A DNA stretch of 32,000 nt from Gemmatimonadota bacterium (GTDB taxonomy: Bacteria > Gemmatimonadota > Gemmatimonadetes > Longimicrobiales > Gaopeijiaceae). Made by a program: the position numbers and the translations under genes. The stretch lies in assembly GCA_040905545.1 (NCBI GenBank), contig JBBDRI010000032.1, positions 89,230 through 121,229 of the forward strand, in the 5' to 3' direction. Under the pieces are notes generated by a model that was given only the letters and a program-made list of their open reading frames with translations, had not been told where the DNA came from and did no database searches. Of this stretch, positions 21,328-29,541 are shown one piece after another. The number at the start of each line of letters is the position of its first letter. Position 1 is the first letter of the stretch.

Positions 21328-23550
21328 TCAGATTCCGGGGGAAAGGTTCCCCTCCTCCCGGATGGCCCGGATCCCATCGCCCTCCAATACCCGTGCTGCA
21401 GCCACCTCATCCTCGTCCGTCAACAGCACCCCGAAAACCGTGTAGTCCGGGTCCAGGCGGATATTGTCCACCAGATTCACGAAGATCTGACCGTCGCCGG
21501 TGTCCCGCCCCCGGGTGGACAGCCCCACCGTGCCCCGCCAGTGGGGGTGGTAGATCTCGTCCCGGGTGAAGGGGCCGTCGCCCATGTATTCGTTGGCCGC
21601 TGGGCTTCCGCCCTGGATGACGAAGTTGGGGACGACCCTGTGAAAGGTGAGGCCCTGGAAATGGCCTTCCCGAACCAGCCGGGCAAACCTTGCGGCGTTG
21701 GTGGGAGCCTCCCAGGGGAGGAGACGGAGGCGGAACACCAACCCGCTCTCCATCTCCACCGTCCACACCACCTGGGCCAGAGCATGCAACTCCCGGGGCT
21801 CGGGTACCGGAATGCCCTCGAGCCGGCGAGGAGATGGTGTTCGAACCTCCCCCGTCCAGGCTTCCAGCGCCTGCGCCGCCGTCTCGGCCACCGCCGGATC
21901 GAAGTCGGAGAGGAGGGGCTCCACCCCAGAGATCACGTCAGGCGCCATATCTGGTGCCCACCGGGCCGCCTCCAGGAGGCGTGCCAGGAGGGCCAGCCGG
22001 GGATCGCGGAACGTTTCCCGTTGGGTGGCGGAAAGGCGGTCCAGAGCATCCAGGTACGCAGGCACCACCTCGGGCCGTTGAGTGCCCGTGAGACCTCGAG
22101 CAGCTGTGAGGAGCAACTGGGGATCATCTGCCGAGAGAGCCTCAACCGCCTCCTCCTCCCCCCATCCTCCTGCCAGCAGCCCCTGAAGAGCGGCCGTTCG
22201 GACGTTGGGATGGGGGTCATCCACCGCCAGAAGCTGGAGAGAGGGGAGGTCTTCCAGACGAGCCGCCGCCTGGACTCCCCAGGATCGGACGAACGGGCTT
22301 TCGGCTTCCAGGAAGCGGGGCAGTGCCTGGCGGGCTATGGAAGGCTCCAGGGTTGCCAGAGAGAGGAGAGCCCGGGCGGGGGCATGCCAGTCTTCCGTAT
22401 CCGGCCCCTGGGCCAGGACCTTCCCAAGGAGTGCCACCACCGGGCCCCCTGGCTGACACCGCTCCAGCGCCGAAATGGCCTCCAACGCCACATGTGGCGA
22501 GTCATCCTGCGCGGCCCGAACCAGTGGTTCACATCCGGCCGGGGTCCAGGTGGGATCCCACCGGCGTACCCCCACCAGCCGGACCGTGGGGTGGGGATCG
22601 CCCATGGCCTGCAGCACCAGCTCCGGCATCTCGGACGTACCCAGAGCGCCCTCTCTGCGGACCCACGGGTCGGGATCTTCCAGACCCTTCACCAGGTCGG
22701 CGGGCTCCACCTGCCGGGAGGCCACCAGAGCGGCCAAGGCCAATCGGCGAGCGCGGGCCAACTCCAACACGCTCTCCTCTGTCTTCTCGGCCCCCGCCTC
22801 CGCCCACTCCCTCAAGTGCTCCAGCACGTCGGGAGGAAGTTGACCCTGGACCTCCGGGCGCCGGGCCAGGAGGAAGAACCCGCGGAGTGCGTGCAGGGCA
22901 GGTTGAACGGCGTCGAACGAGTGGGGCGAAGCCGGAGGAGCGAGGGCCACCATGGCCATCATCCGGGGGACGATGGCCTCCCGGGCGGCTCCTCCACCTC
23001 CCTGGGCAGCGCCAGATAACGCGGCCGCGGCCGAGTCCGGAGGGCCCGGATGGAGGCGTCCCAGGGCCAAGACTACCGCACCGCGTACGGCCGGATCCTC
23101 TTCCCGTTCGCCCAGCGAGATGAGGAACTCCGCCATGGCCTGGGTGTCTCGCCCTCGCATGGAGTGCCCCAGTGCCCATACAGCGGCCTTCCGAACCGTG
23201 GGCTCCGGATCATCCAGGAGTCCCTGGAGGAGGGGAGCCAGGCTGTCGCGCTCCAGCCGTCCCACCCCCACCGCCGCTCGGGCTCGAAGTCCGGGATGGT
23301 CAGCCTCCAGTCCCCTTACCAGTGGGTCCAGCCCCTCCCGGGTCTGGGGCCGGGCATCTTCAGCCACCAGCATCTCGTGGAGGAGTGCCGCTTCCTCCGG
23401 GGTCCACGGGAAGGGCTCCGCTCGGTCGCCGCTCCCGCACGCAGTCGCCAGCAGAACCACGCCTGCGCCCCAGACCATCCGCGCTGCGAGGATAGGCGGC
23501 GTGAGCAGGGTCCGGCGATGGCCACTCATGACGAAGCGACAACCACTCAT
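21328..23550 (-). CDS. Lipoprotein with N-terminal HEAT/ARM-like repeats fused to a C-terminal cyclophilin-type peptidyl-prolyl isomerase
   Basis: C-terminal cyclophilin motifs: FHRVVPNFVIQGGSP...GTVGLSTRGRDTGDGQIFVNL...YTVFGVL. The upstream ~560 aa are Ala/Leu-rich with repeated D-P-x-x-x-V-R units (DDPEPTVRKAAVWALG, DPHPTVRLVG, DDPHPNVRTAAL), typical of HEAT repeats. Lipobox LLATACG. ATG 23550 has GGAGGA 6 nt upstream; ATG 23529 is the alternative. Confidence 0.85.
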   Translation of the reverse strand: MSGCRFVMSGHRRTLLTPPILAARMVWGAGVVLLATACGSGDRAEPFPWTPEEAALLHEMLVAEDARPQTREGLDPLVRGLEADHPGLRARAAVGVGRLERDSLAPLLQGLLDDPEPTVRKAAVWALGHSMRGRDTQAMAEFLISLGEREEDPAVRGAVVLALGRLHPGPPDSAAAALSGAAQGGGGAAREAIVPRMMAMVALAPPASPHSFDAVQPALHALRGFFLLARRPEVQGQLPPDVLEHLREWAEAGAEKTEESVLELARARRLALAALVASRQVEPADLVKGLEDPDPWVRREGALGTSEMPELVLQAMGDPHPTVRLVGVRRWDPTWTPAGCEPLVRAAQDDSPHVALEAISALERCQPGGPVVALLGKVLAQGPDTEDWHAPARALLSLATLEPSIARQALPRFLEAESPFVRSWGVQAAARLEDLPSLQLLAVDDPHPNVRTAALQGLLAGGWGEEEAVEALSADDPQLLLTAARGLTGTQRPEVVPAYLDALDRLSATQRETFRDPRLALLARLLEAARWAPDMAPDVISGVEPLLSDFDPAVAETAAQALEAWTGEVRTPSPRRLEGIPVPEPRELHALAQVVWTVEMESGLVFRLRLLPWEAPTNAARFARLVREGHFQGLTFHRVVPNFVIQGGSPAANEYMGDGPFTRDEIYHPHWRGTVGLSTRGRDTGDGQIFVNLVDNIRLDPDYTVFGVLLTDEDEVAAARVLEGDGIRAIREEGNLSPGI

Positions 23551-23657
23551 GGAACGTCCTCCACGACTCAGGGGTGGGCGAGAGAGGAACTTGCGTTTCT
23601 GGCCCCATCCCCCGCAATTCCCCGAGGATTCCACTCTTTCCCCAACGGATCTCAGCC

Positions 23658-24980
23658 GTGCCCGATGAACCCACCGCCCCCTCCCCGGATCGGGAGTGGG
23701 GATTCCAGACCCGTGCCATCCACGCCGGTGCCCAACCCGACCCCACCACCGGGGCCAGGGCGGTCCCCATCTACCAATCCACCAGCTTCGTCTTCGAAGA
23801 CAGCCAGGACGCCGCCGACCTCTTCGCGCTGCAGAAGTACGGCACCATCTACAGTCGCATCTCCAACCCTACGGTGGCGGCGTTTGAAGAGAGGGTGGCT
23901 TCCCTGGAAGGCGGCATCGGTGCTGTGGCCACCTCCAGTGGCCAGGCAGCCCAGTTCCTCACCGCCACGGCGCTCTGTCATTCAGGAGATCACCTGGTGG
24001 CCAGCGCCGCCCTCTACGGGGGCACATACACTCAGTTCTCCGTCACCCTGAAGCGCCTGGGTATCGAGGTGACCTTCGTGAAGGGATCCGACCCGGCAGA
24101 CTACGCCCGGGCCATCCGACCGGAAACGAAGTTCCTCTACACGGAGATCATCGGAAATCCGTCCGGCGACATTCCCGACCTGGAGGGGTTGGGAAAGGTG
24201 GCCCGGGAGCACGGCCTGCCCCTGGTGGTGGACTCCACCTTCGCCACCCCCTGGCTCTGCCGTCCCCTGGAGCATGGGGCAGATATCGTGGTGCATTCGG
24301 CCACCAAGTTCATTGGGGGTCACGGCACCTCCATCGGTGGCGTCATCGTGGATTCCGGCCGCTTCCCCTGGGATTCGGGCCGCTTCCCCCAGATGACCGA
24401 GCCCGTGCCCTCCTACAACCGGCTGCGCTTCTGGGAGAACTTCGGGGAGTATGCCTTCTGCACGAAGGTGCGGGTGGAGCAGCTCCGAGAGGTGGGCGCC
24501 TCCATCTCGCCCTTCAACGCCTTCCTTCTGCTGCAGGGGCTGGAAACCCTCCCCTTCCGCATGGAAGCCCACGTGGCCAACGCACAGAAGGTGGCGGAGC
24601 ATTTGAATTCCCACCCACAGGTCACCTGGGTGCGCTATGCCGGACTCCCGGATTCTCCCTTTCGGGAACGGGCTGAGCGGTACCTCCCTCGGGGCCCGGG
24701 GGCCGTCTTCACCTTCGGTGTGAAGGGAGGTCGCGACGCCGGAGCCCGCTTCATCGAGGGGCTCCAGATGATCAGCCATCTGGCCAATGTGGGGGATGCC
24801 AAGACCCTGGTGATCCACCCGGCCTCCACCACCCACCAGCAGCTCTCCGATGAAGAACTGGAGGCGGGGAACGTCTTGCCCGACATGGTGCGGATTTCCG
24901 TGGGGCTGGAAGATGTGGACGACATTCTCTGGGATCTGGATCAGGCGCTGGCGAAAGCCGGCTCGAGAGGTGGGGCATGA
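23658..24980 (+). CDS. metY: O-acetylhomoserine sulfhydrylase / aminocarboxypropyltransferase (PLP-dependent)
   Basis: GFQTRAIHAGAQPDPTTGARAVPIYQSTSFVFEDSQDAADLFALQKYGTIYSRISNPTV, PLP-lysine motif VHSATKFIGGHGT, and C-terminal IHPASTTHQQL...RISVGLEDVDDIL. Both start candidates are GTG (23574 and 23658). 23658 gives the family-typical short N-terminus, but the start is uncertain. Confidence 0.9.
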   Translation: MPDEPTAPSPDREWGFQTRAIHAGAQPDPTTGARAVPIYQSTSFVFEDSQDAADLFALQKYGTIYSRISNPTVAAFEERVASLEGGIGAVATSSGQAAQFLTATALCHSGDHLVASAALYGGTYTQFSVTLKRLGIEVTFVKGSDPADYARAIRPETKFLYTEIIGNPSGDIPDLEGLGKVAREHGLPLVVDSTFATPWLCRPLEHGADIVVHSATKFIGGHGTSIGGVIVDSGRFPWDSGRFPQMTEPVPSYNRLRFWENFGEYAFCTKVRVEQLREVGASISPFNAFLLLQGLETLPFRMEAHVANAQKVAEHLNSHPQVTWVRYAGLPDSPFRERAERYLPRGPGAVFTFGVKGGRDAGARFIEGLQMISHLANVGDAKTLVIHPASTTHQQLSDEELEAGNVLPDMVRISVGLEDVDDILWDLDQALAKAGSRGGA

Positions 24981-25477
24981 CTGCCTCCACACCCGCGCGG
25001 CCCTGGTCTCCACCCTCCGCTGCAGACCGCCTCCGGATTATCCGGGAAAGCCGCTCCGTGGCCCTGGTGGGCGTATCTTCCAAGCCGGAACGTCCCAGCT
25101 ACTTCGTGGCCACCTATCTGCTGAGCCGGGCCACCCACTTCCAGGTCTATCTGGTGAACCCCAGGGAGACGGAGATCCTGGGGCACCCGGTGTACCCCAC
25201 CCTGGCGGACCTTCCGGAGGTGCCGGACATGGTGGATGTGTTCCGGGCGGCGGAGTACTGCCCAGAGGTTGCCCGAGAAGCCGCCGCCGTTGGGGCCCGG
25301 ACCCTCTGGCTCCAACTGGGCGTGGAGAGCCAGGAAGCCTGTCGCATCGCCACCGAGGCCGGCATGCAGGTGGTGATGAACCGATGCCTCAAGATCGAGC
25401 ACGCCCGGTTCCATGGGGGGCTGCATCTGGCGGGGTTTGACACGGGGGTGATCTCATCCAGGCGGAGGGGGCCGTAG
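24977..25477 (+). CDS. CoA-binding domain protein (YccU/YneT-like)
   Basis: ATGA overlap with the metY stop. SVALVGVSSKPERPSYFV...VYLVNPRETEILGHPVYPTLADLPEVPDMVDVFR...LWLQLG matches the CoA_binding_2 Rossmann pattern. Confidence 0.8.
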   Translation: MTASTPARPWSPPSAADRLRIIRESRSVALVGVSSKPERPSYFVATYLLSRATHFQVYLVNPRETEILGHPVYPTLADLPEVPDMVDVFRAAEYCPEVAREAAAVGARTLWLQLGVESQEACRIATEAGMQVVMNRCLKIEHARFHGGLHLAGFDTGVISSRRRGP

Positions 25478-25630
25478 AAGGAGGCCAGCCGCTGTCCGGA
25501 GTGGCGACTCGTGCCCCTCCGGCTTCCCTGAAATCCTCGCCTTCCGATGGTGCGCGGCGTATTGTGCACGAAGCCAGCAGGGGCGGCCTCTCCGTCGGCC
25601 CCGACAGTCTCCTCATCGCCTCGAGTTCTC

Positions 25631-28171
25631 ATGCACCGGAAACCCGTCTCCGTCTCGCGCCTCCCGGCATCCCGCACAGCCGCCAGTCGAGCCATGATTC
25701 TTGCATTCGGCCTCCTGGCCGTCACGCTTTCGGCCCCTGGGGCCTCGCCCCTGGCCGCGCAGTCCGGCTCCTTCGGGGTGTCGGCAGAGGTGTCGGTGGA
25801 TGAGCTCATCATCGCCGAGCCCAACAACTACTTCCGCCCGGGGCAGGTGCACGTGTACCGTCGGGGCGGCGGCGGATGGGTGGTGGGCCAGGTGCTGGAG
25901 GCCCCCAACGCGGAGCGGGCCGACGGCTTCGGAACTGCGGTGGCCCGGACGGAGAATACCCTCTTCGTTTCCCAGAAGAATGGCCCGGTACATCGCTTCC
26001 AGCGCAGTGGTGACCGGTGGAACCATGTCGGGGTTCTCCCAGGCACCGACGGACTGGGTTTCGACCCGGGTTGCAACCAGTACGGCTACTGCGGCATCGA
26101 CTTCGGCCTGACCCTCGCTGCTTCGGGACCATGGCTCCTGATTGGGGAACCTGGACCTTCGCCCGAGTCGTTGAATCCGGAGGATGAGGCCATGGCCGGC
26201 CGAATCCACCTCTTTTGGCAGAACGCCGCCGGCCAGTGGGCCGCCGCCGGAACCCTGTCACCCAGCGACGGTGTGCCGGGAGACGGTTTCGGGAGCGCCA
26301 TCGCAGTGGACCTTTCCCCGGAAGGAGGGATTGCCCTGGTGGGCGCCCCCCGTTGGCACATCCCAACCCCGGATTCCCCCGGGGAGCCCCTGGGACGGGT
26401 CTACCGCTTCCAACTGGATGGCCAGGCGTGGAGGGAAGCAGGGGCCCTCCCGGCCTCCCCTGGCTCCAACGCAGGGTTTGGATCCGCCCTGGCCCTCTCG
26501 GAAGATCGGCTTGTTGTAGGGAGCCCAGGTGCTGACGATGGGGTGGGTACCGCCGTCCTCTATCGCCGGAGCGGAGCTGATGGCGGATGGAGCCAGGCGT
26601 TCACCATTTCCCCTCCGGACGGGGAGCGGGGCGACCTGTTCGGGAGCGCCGTGGGTCTGGACGGAAACGACATCTGGGTGGGAGCCCCCACGGACCGGGG
26701 GGAGGAAACGGGCCGGGTCTACCGCTTCGATGGGGCTACTGCCCCGGGTGCCACCCCTCCGGCAGGGCCCAGCCAGCGGATCCAGTTCCAAGAGCCGGAG
26801 ACCGTGACCCGCGACCGTCTGGGAGCCCGCATCGTGGCAGGTTCCGGGGTGGCGCTGGTCACCGCCACCGGCATGCACCACCAGGCGGGAGCCGTCTTCG
26901 TGCACCGCCGGAACGGCGATACGTGGCAGGACGAGGGAATGCTGGTGACACCTCCAGATGCCCTCCAGGCCATGGTGGGCTCGGAGGAGATCTGCGGAGA
27001 GGAGGGGCAGGTGGGCGTATTCGATTGCGAAGGAGTGGATCTGCTGGCCTTCGTGTCCACTTCTCTTCTCCGGGACGGTCATTGGGCCCGGGGAGTCCGC
27101 ATGAACGACAACTGGGGGTGGACGGACCCGGAGACCGGAAGGGAATACGCGTTGATCGGTCGAAACGACGGCACCTCCTTCGTGGACGTCACCAACCCTT
27201 CCAACCCCGTGTTGGTGGGCGACCTCCCCAAGACCCCCAACACTCCACCTTCCCAGCTCTGGCGGGACATCAAGACCTACGACAGCCACGCCTTCATCGT
27301 GGCGGACGGGGCGGGGAACCACGGGATGCAGGTGTTCGATCTACGGCGCCTCCGCAGCGTCCAGGACGCCCCGGCCCTGTTCCAGCCCGACGCACACTAT
27401 CCCAATGTGGCCAGCGTCCACAACATCGTCATCAATGAGGACTCGGGATTCGCGTATCTGGTGGGGTCCCGCGGTGGCGGTGAGACCTGTGGCGGGGGGC
27501 TCCATATGGTGGACATCCGTACACCTCTGAGCCCCACCTTCGCAGGCTGCTTCGCCCATGAGGGCACCGGGCGCCAGGGCACCGGTTCCACCCATGATGC
27601 CCAGTGCGTCATCTACCAGGGTCCCGACGAGCGCTACCACGGCCAGGAAATCTGCCTGGGAGCCAACGAGAATCTGCTGAGCATCGCCGATGTCACGGAC
27701 AAGTCGAATCCGGTGCCCCTGGCCACGGCCGCCTACCCCAACCCCGGGTACCTCCATCAGGGATGGCTCACGGAAGATCAGCGCTACTACTTCATGGACG
27801 ACGAAGCCGACGTGATCCAGGGCACGGTGAAGACCACCCGGACCATGATCTGGGACCTTCAGGATCTGGAAGATCCGGTACTGGCCAATGAGTTCATGGG
27901 CTCCATGCCCGCCAGTGCCCACAACCTGTACATCAAAGACGATCTGATGTACCAGGCCAACTATCGGCACGGACTCCACATCCTGGATGTGAGCGACCCA
28001 TTGAACCCCTTGGAACTGGCCCACTTCGATACGGCGCCCTATCTGTCTGGGCCCGGGTTCAGCGCCGCCTGGAGCAACTACCCGTTCTTCGAGAGCGGGA
28101 GCATCGTGGTCACCAGCGTGCAGGAGGGCTTCTTCCTTCTCCGGAAGCAGGATCCGGATTTGGTGTTCTGA
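25631..28171 (+). CDS. Large secreted protein: N-terminal FG-GAP-like beta-propeller repeats plus C-terminal choice-of-anchor-B / LVIVD-like domain
   Basis: Signal peptide (MILAFGLLAVTLSAPGASPLAAQ). Repeated x-D-G-F-G-x-A-hydrophobic units (DGFGTAVA, DGFGSAIAV, AGFGSALAL, DLFGSAVGL). The C-terminal half has NDNWGWTDPETGREYALIGRNDGTSFVDVTNPSNPVLVGDLP...LWRDIKTYDSHAFIVADGAGNHGMQVFDL, which I recognise as choice-of-anchor B. The start could be 25631 or 25694 (both ATG). Confidence 0.8.
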   Translation: MHRKPVSVSRLPASRTAASRAMILAFGLLAVTLSAPGASPLAAQSGSFGVSAEVSVDELIIAEPNNYFRPGQVHVYRRGGGGWVVGQVLEAPNAERADGFGTAVARTENTLFVSQKNGPVHRFQRSGDRWNHVGVLPGTDGLGFDPGCNQYGYCGIDFGLTLAASGPWLLIGEPGPSPESLNPEDEAMAGRIHLFWQNAAGQWAAAGTLSPSDGVPGDGFGSAIAVDLSPEGGIALVGAPRWHIPTPDSPGEPLGRVYRFQLDGQAWREAGALPASPGSNAGFGSALALSEDRLVVGSPGADDGVGTAVLYRRSGADGGWSQAFTISPPDGERGDLFGSAVGLDGNDIWVGAPTDRGEETGRVYRFDGATAPGATPPAGPSQRIQFQEPETVTRDRLGARIVAGSGVALVTATGMHHQAGAVFVHRRNGDTWQDEGMLVTPPDALQAMVGSEEICGEEGQVGVFDCEGVDLLAFVSTSLLRDGHWARGVRMNDNWGWTDPETGREYALIGRNDGTSFVDVTNPSNPVLVGDLPKTPNTPPSQLWRDIKTYDSHAFIVADGAGNHGMQVFDLRRLRSVQDAPALFQPDAHYPNVASVHNIVINEDSGFAYLVGSRGGGETCGGGLHMVDIRTPLSPTFAGCFAHEGTGRQGTGSTHDAQCVIYQGPDERYHGQEICLGANENLLSIADVTDKSNPVPLATAAYPNPGYLHQGWLTEDQRYYFMDDEADVIQGTVKTTRTMIWDLQDLEDPVLANEFMGSMPASAHNLYIKDDLMYQANYRHGLHILDVSDPLNPLELAHFDTAPYLSGPGFSAAWSNYPFFESGSIVVTSVQEGFFLLRKQDPDLVF

Positions 28172-28189
28172 GCTCCGACGGGTGGCTGC

Positions 28190-28213
28190 CTGTGACAGTC
28201 TTGTGACCTCACA
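28190..28213. promoter_or_regulatory. Two short palindromes / TGTGAC direct repeat upstream of intI (candidate operator)
   Basis: CTGTGACAG (28190-98) and TGTGAccTCACA (28202-13). TGTGAC recurs 11 bp apart, 46-69 bp upstream of ATG 28259. A CCCCGG-ctgca-CCGGGG hairpin follows at 28223-39. Confidence 0.3.
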
Positions 28214-28258
28214 TGCCCTGTTCCCCGGCTGCACCGGGGGGAGATCCGTCCGTGTCGT

Positions 28259-29287
28259 ATGTCCCAAACCGACATGGCCTTGCACCTCCCGTGGGGCGAG
28301 ACTGGAGTCATGTCGTCCCCCGGGCCCTCCATTCTGCATGAACTGAGCGTCGCGATTCGAACACGCCACTACAGCCGGCGGACGGAGCAGGCCTACGCCC
28401 ACTGGGTGGAGCGCTTCCTGGGTCACCATAGGGTTCGGTCACCGGAACAGCTTGGTGCCGAAGAAGTCAACGCGTTCTTGAGTCACCTGGCCGTGGAGCG
28501 GAAGGTGGCGGCGCCCACGCAGGCCCAGGCCAGGGCTGCGTTGCTCTTTCTATACCGGCACGTCCTCCGAAGGCCGCTGGATGCTGAGGTCGGTACTGGA
28601 TCCATCGTCCGTGCGCACGTTCCCAAGCGGCTTCCGATGGTCCTCTCGAGGCAGGAGATTCGGGCGCTTCTCGCCTCAATGACGCCCCCGGGCCGTACCG
28701 TGGCCCTCCTCCTCTACGGCGGAGGGCTCCGCCTGAATGAGGCGCTCCACCTTCAGGTTCATGACCTCGAGTCTGAGCGCGGTCAGCTTACCGTACGGGG
28801 AGGGAAAGGGAACCGCGACCGCATCACCCTTTATCCCGCAGCTGCCGTTCCGGCGGTGGAGGAACAGCTCCGACGCACCCGCCTGATGCATGAGCGGGAT
28901 CTAGCTCGGGGCGCCGGGAATGTCCCCCTTCCTGCGGCGTTGGCCCGCAAGTACCCCGGCGCGCCCCGGGAGTGGGGATGGCAGTGGCTTTTCCCGGCTT
29001 CCCGGCTTCACCACAGCCCTCGCACCGGCGCCGGATTCCGGTGGCCGCTTCACCCCTCAGCGGTGCAGCGGGCCGTCAAGGAGGCTGTGAGGGCAAGTGG
29101 AATCTCGAGTCGAGCGTCCTGCCACACCCTCCGGCATTCCTTCGCCACCCATCTCCTGGAGGACGGCTATGACATCCGTACGATCCAGGAGCTTCTGGGA
29201 CACCGCAGCGTGAAGACGACCATGATCTACACACACGTTCTGGACCGGGGAGGACGAGGTGTCCGGAGTCCTCTCGATGGGTTGTGA
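28259..29287 (+). CDS. intI: Integron integrase (IntI-type tyrosine recombinase)
   Basis: N-terminal IRTRHYSRRTEQAYAHWVERFLGHH. Box I: LLLYGGGLRLNEALHLQVHDL. The IntI-specific insertion PLPAALARKYPGAPREWGWQWLFPASRL...SPRTG is absent from XerC/D. Box II: CHTLRHSFATHLLEDGYDIRTIQELLGHRSVKTTMIYTHV, then the C-terminal GVRSPLD. An alternative start is ATG 28310 (MSSPGPSILHEL). Confidence 0.93.
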   Translation: MSQTDMALHLPWGETGVMSSPGPSILHELSVAIRTRHYSRRTEQAYAHWVERFLGHHRVRSPEQLGAEEVNAFLSHLAVERKVAAPTQAQARAALLFLYRHVLRRPLDAEVGTGSIVRAHVPKRLPMVLSRQEIRALLASMTPPGRTVALLLYGGGLRLNEALHLQVHDLESERGQLTVRGGKGNRDRITLYPAAAVPAVEEQLRRTRLMHERDLARGAGNVPLPAALARKYPGAPREWGWQWLFPASRLHHSPRTGAGFRWPLHPSAVQRAVKEAVRASGISSRASCHTLRHSFATHLLEDGYDIRTIQELLGHRSVKTTMIYTHVLDRGGRGVRSPLDGL

Positions 29288-29504
29288 TGTCGTCTTGCCC
29301 CGTAGCGCTTCCTTCCTGCGCCGGCATGCAGCCCAATGGAGGAATCCTGCCCAAGCGATAGGCGGCGCCCGGGGCAGTACAACACGTCAACGAGGTTCTT
29401 GCGAAGCCGGAAGGGGCCCAACACCTTAGCGAATCAAGGAGGCGCCCGGCCCCGGTCGTTTGAGTGGCATCAGGGGAAAGGATCATCCACCCGAATACGT
29501 GGCG

Positions 29505-29541
29505 GTTGAACGGTCGGTGGGCGGCTGAAAGGGCGTTAGAG
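29505..29541 (+). other. Candidate attI core with recombination point G(29535)|T(29536)
   Basis: GTTAGAG at 29535-41 is in the context GGCGTTAGA, identical to the GGCGTTAGA at the attC R' box (31376-84). Its reverse complement CTCTAAC is exactly the R'' box closing cassette 1. A second GTTRRRY-type box, GTTGAAC, is at 29505-11. The extent and architecture of attI are not resolved. Confidence 0.5.

Noticed and set aside
28190-28198. A LexA box at CTGTGACAG upstream of intI.
   Set aside because: It has CTGT-N1-ACAG spacing, not the CTGT-N8-ACAG of the characterised box. It is kept only as a generic candidate operator.
29364-29449. A 9-bp direct repeat GGCGCCCGG (29364-72 and 29441-49) in the intI-attI spacer.
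   Set aside because: A short, GC-only word like this is expected by chance in this composition, and there is no flanking similarity.
29385-29511. A possible ORF-less cassette or extra attC between intI and cassette 1, using CGTCAAC (29385-91) as R'' and GTTGAAC (29505-11) as R'.
   Set aside because: The sequences inside these boxes (gaggttcttgcgaagcc... versus ...ccgaatacgtggcg) are not complementary, so no attC-like stem can form. GTTGAAC is kept only as a possible attI accessory box.
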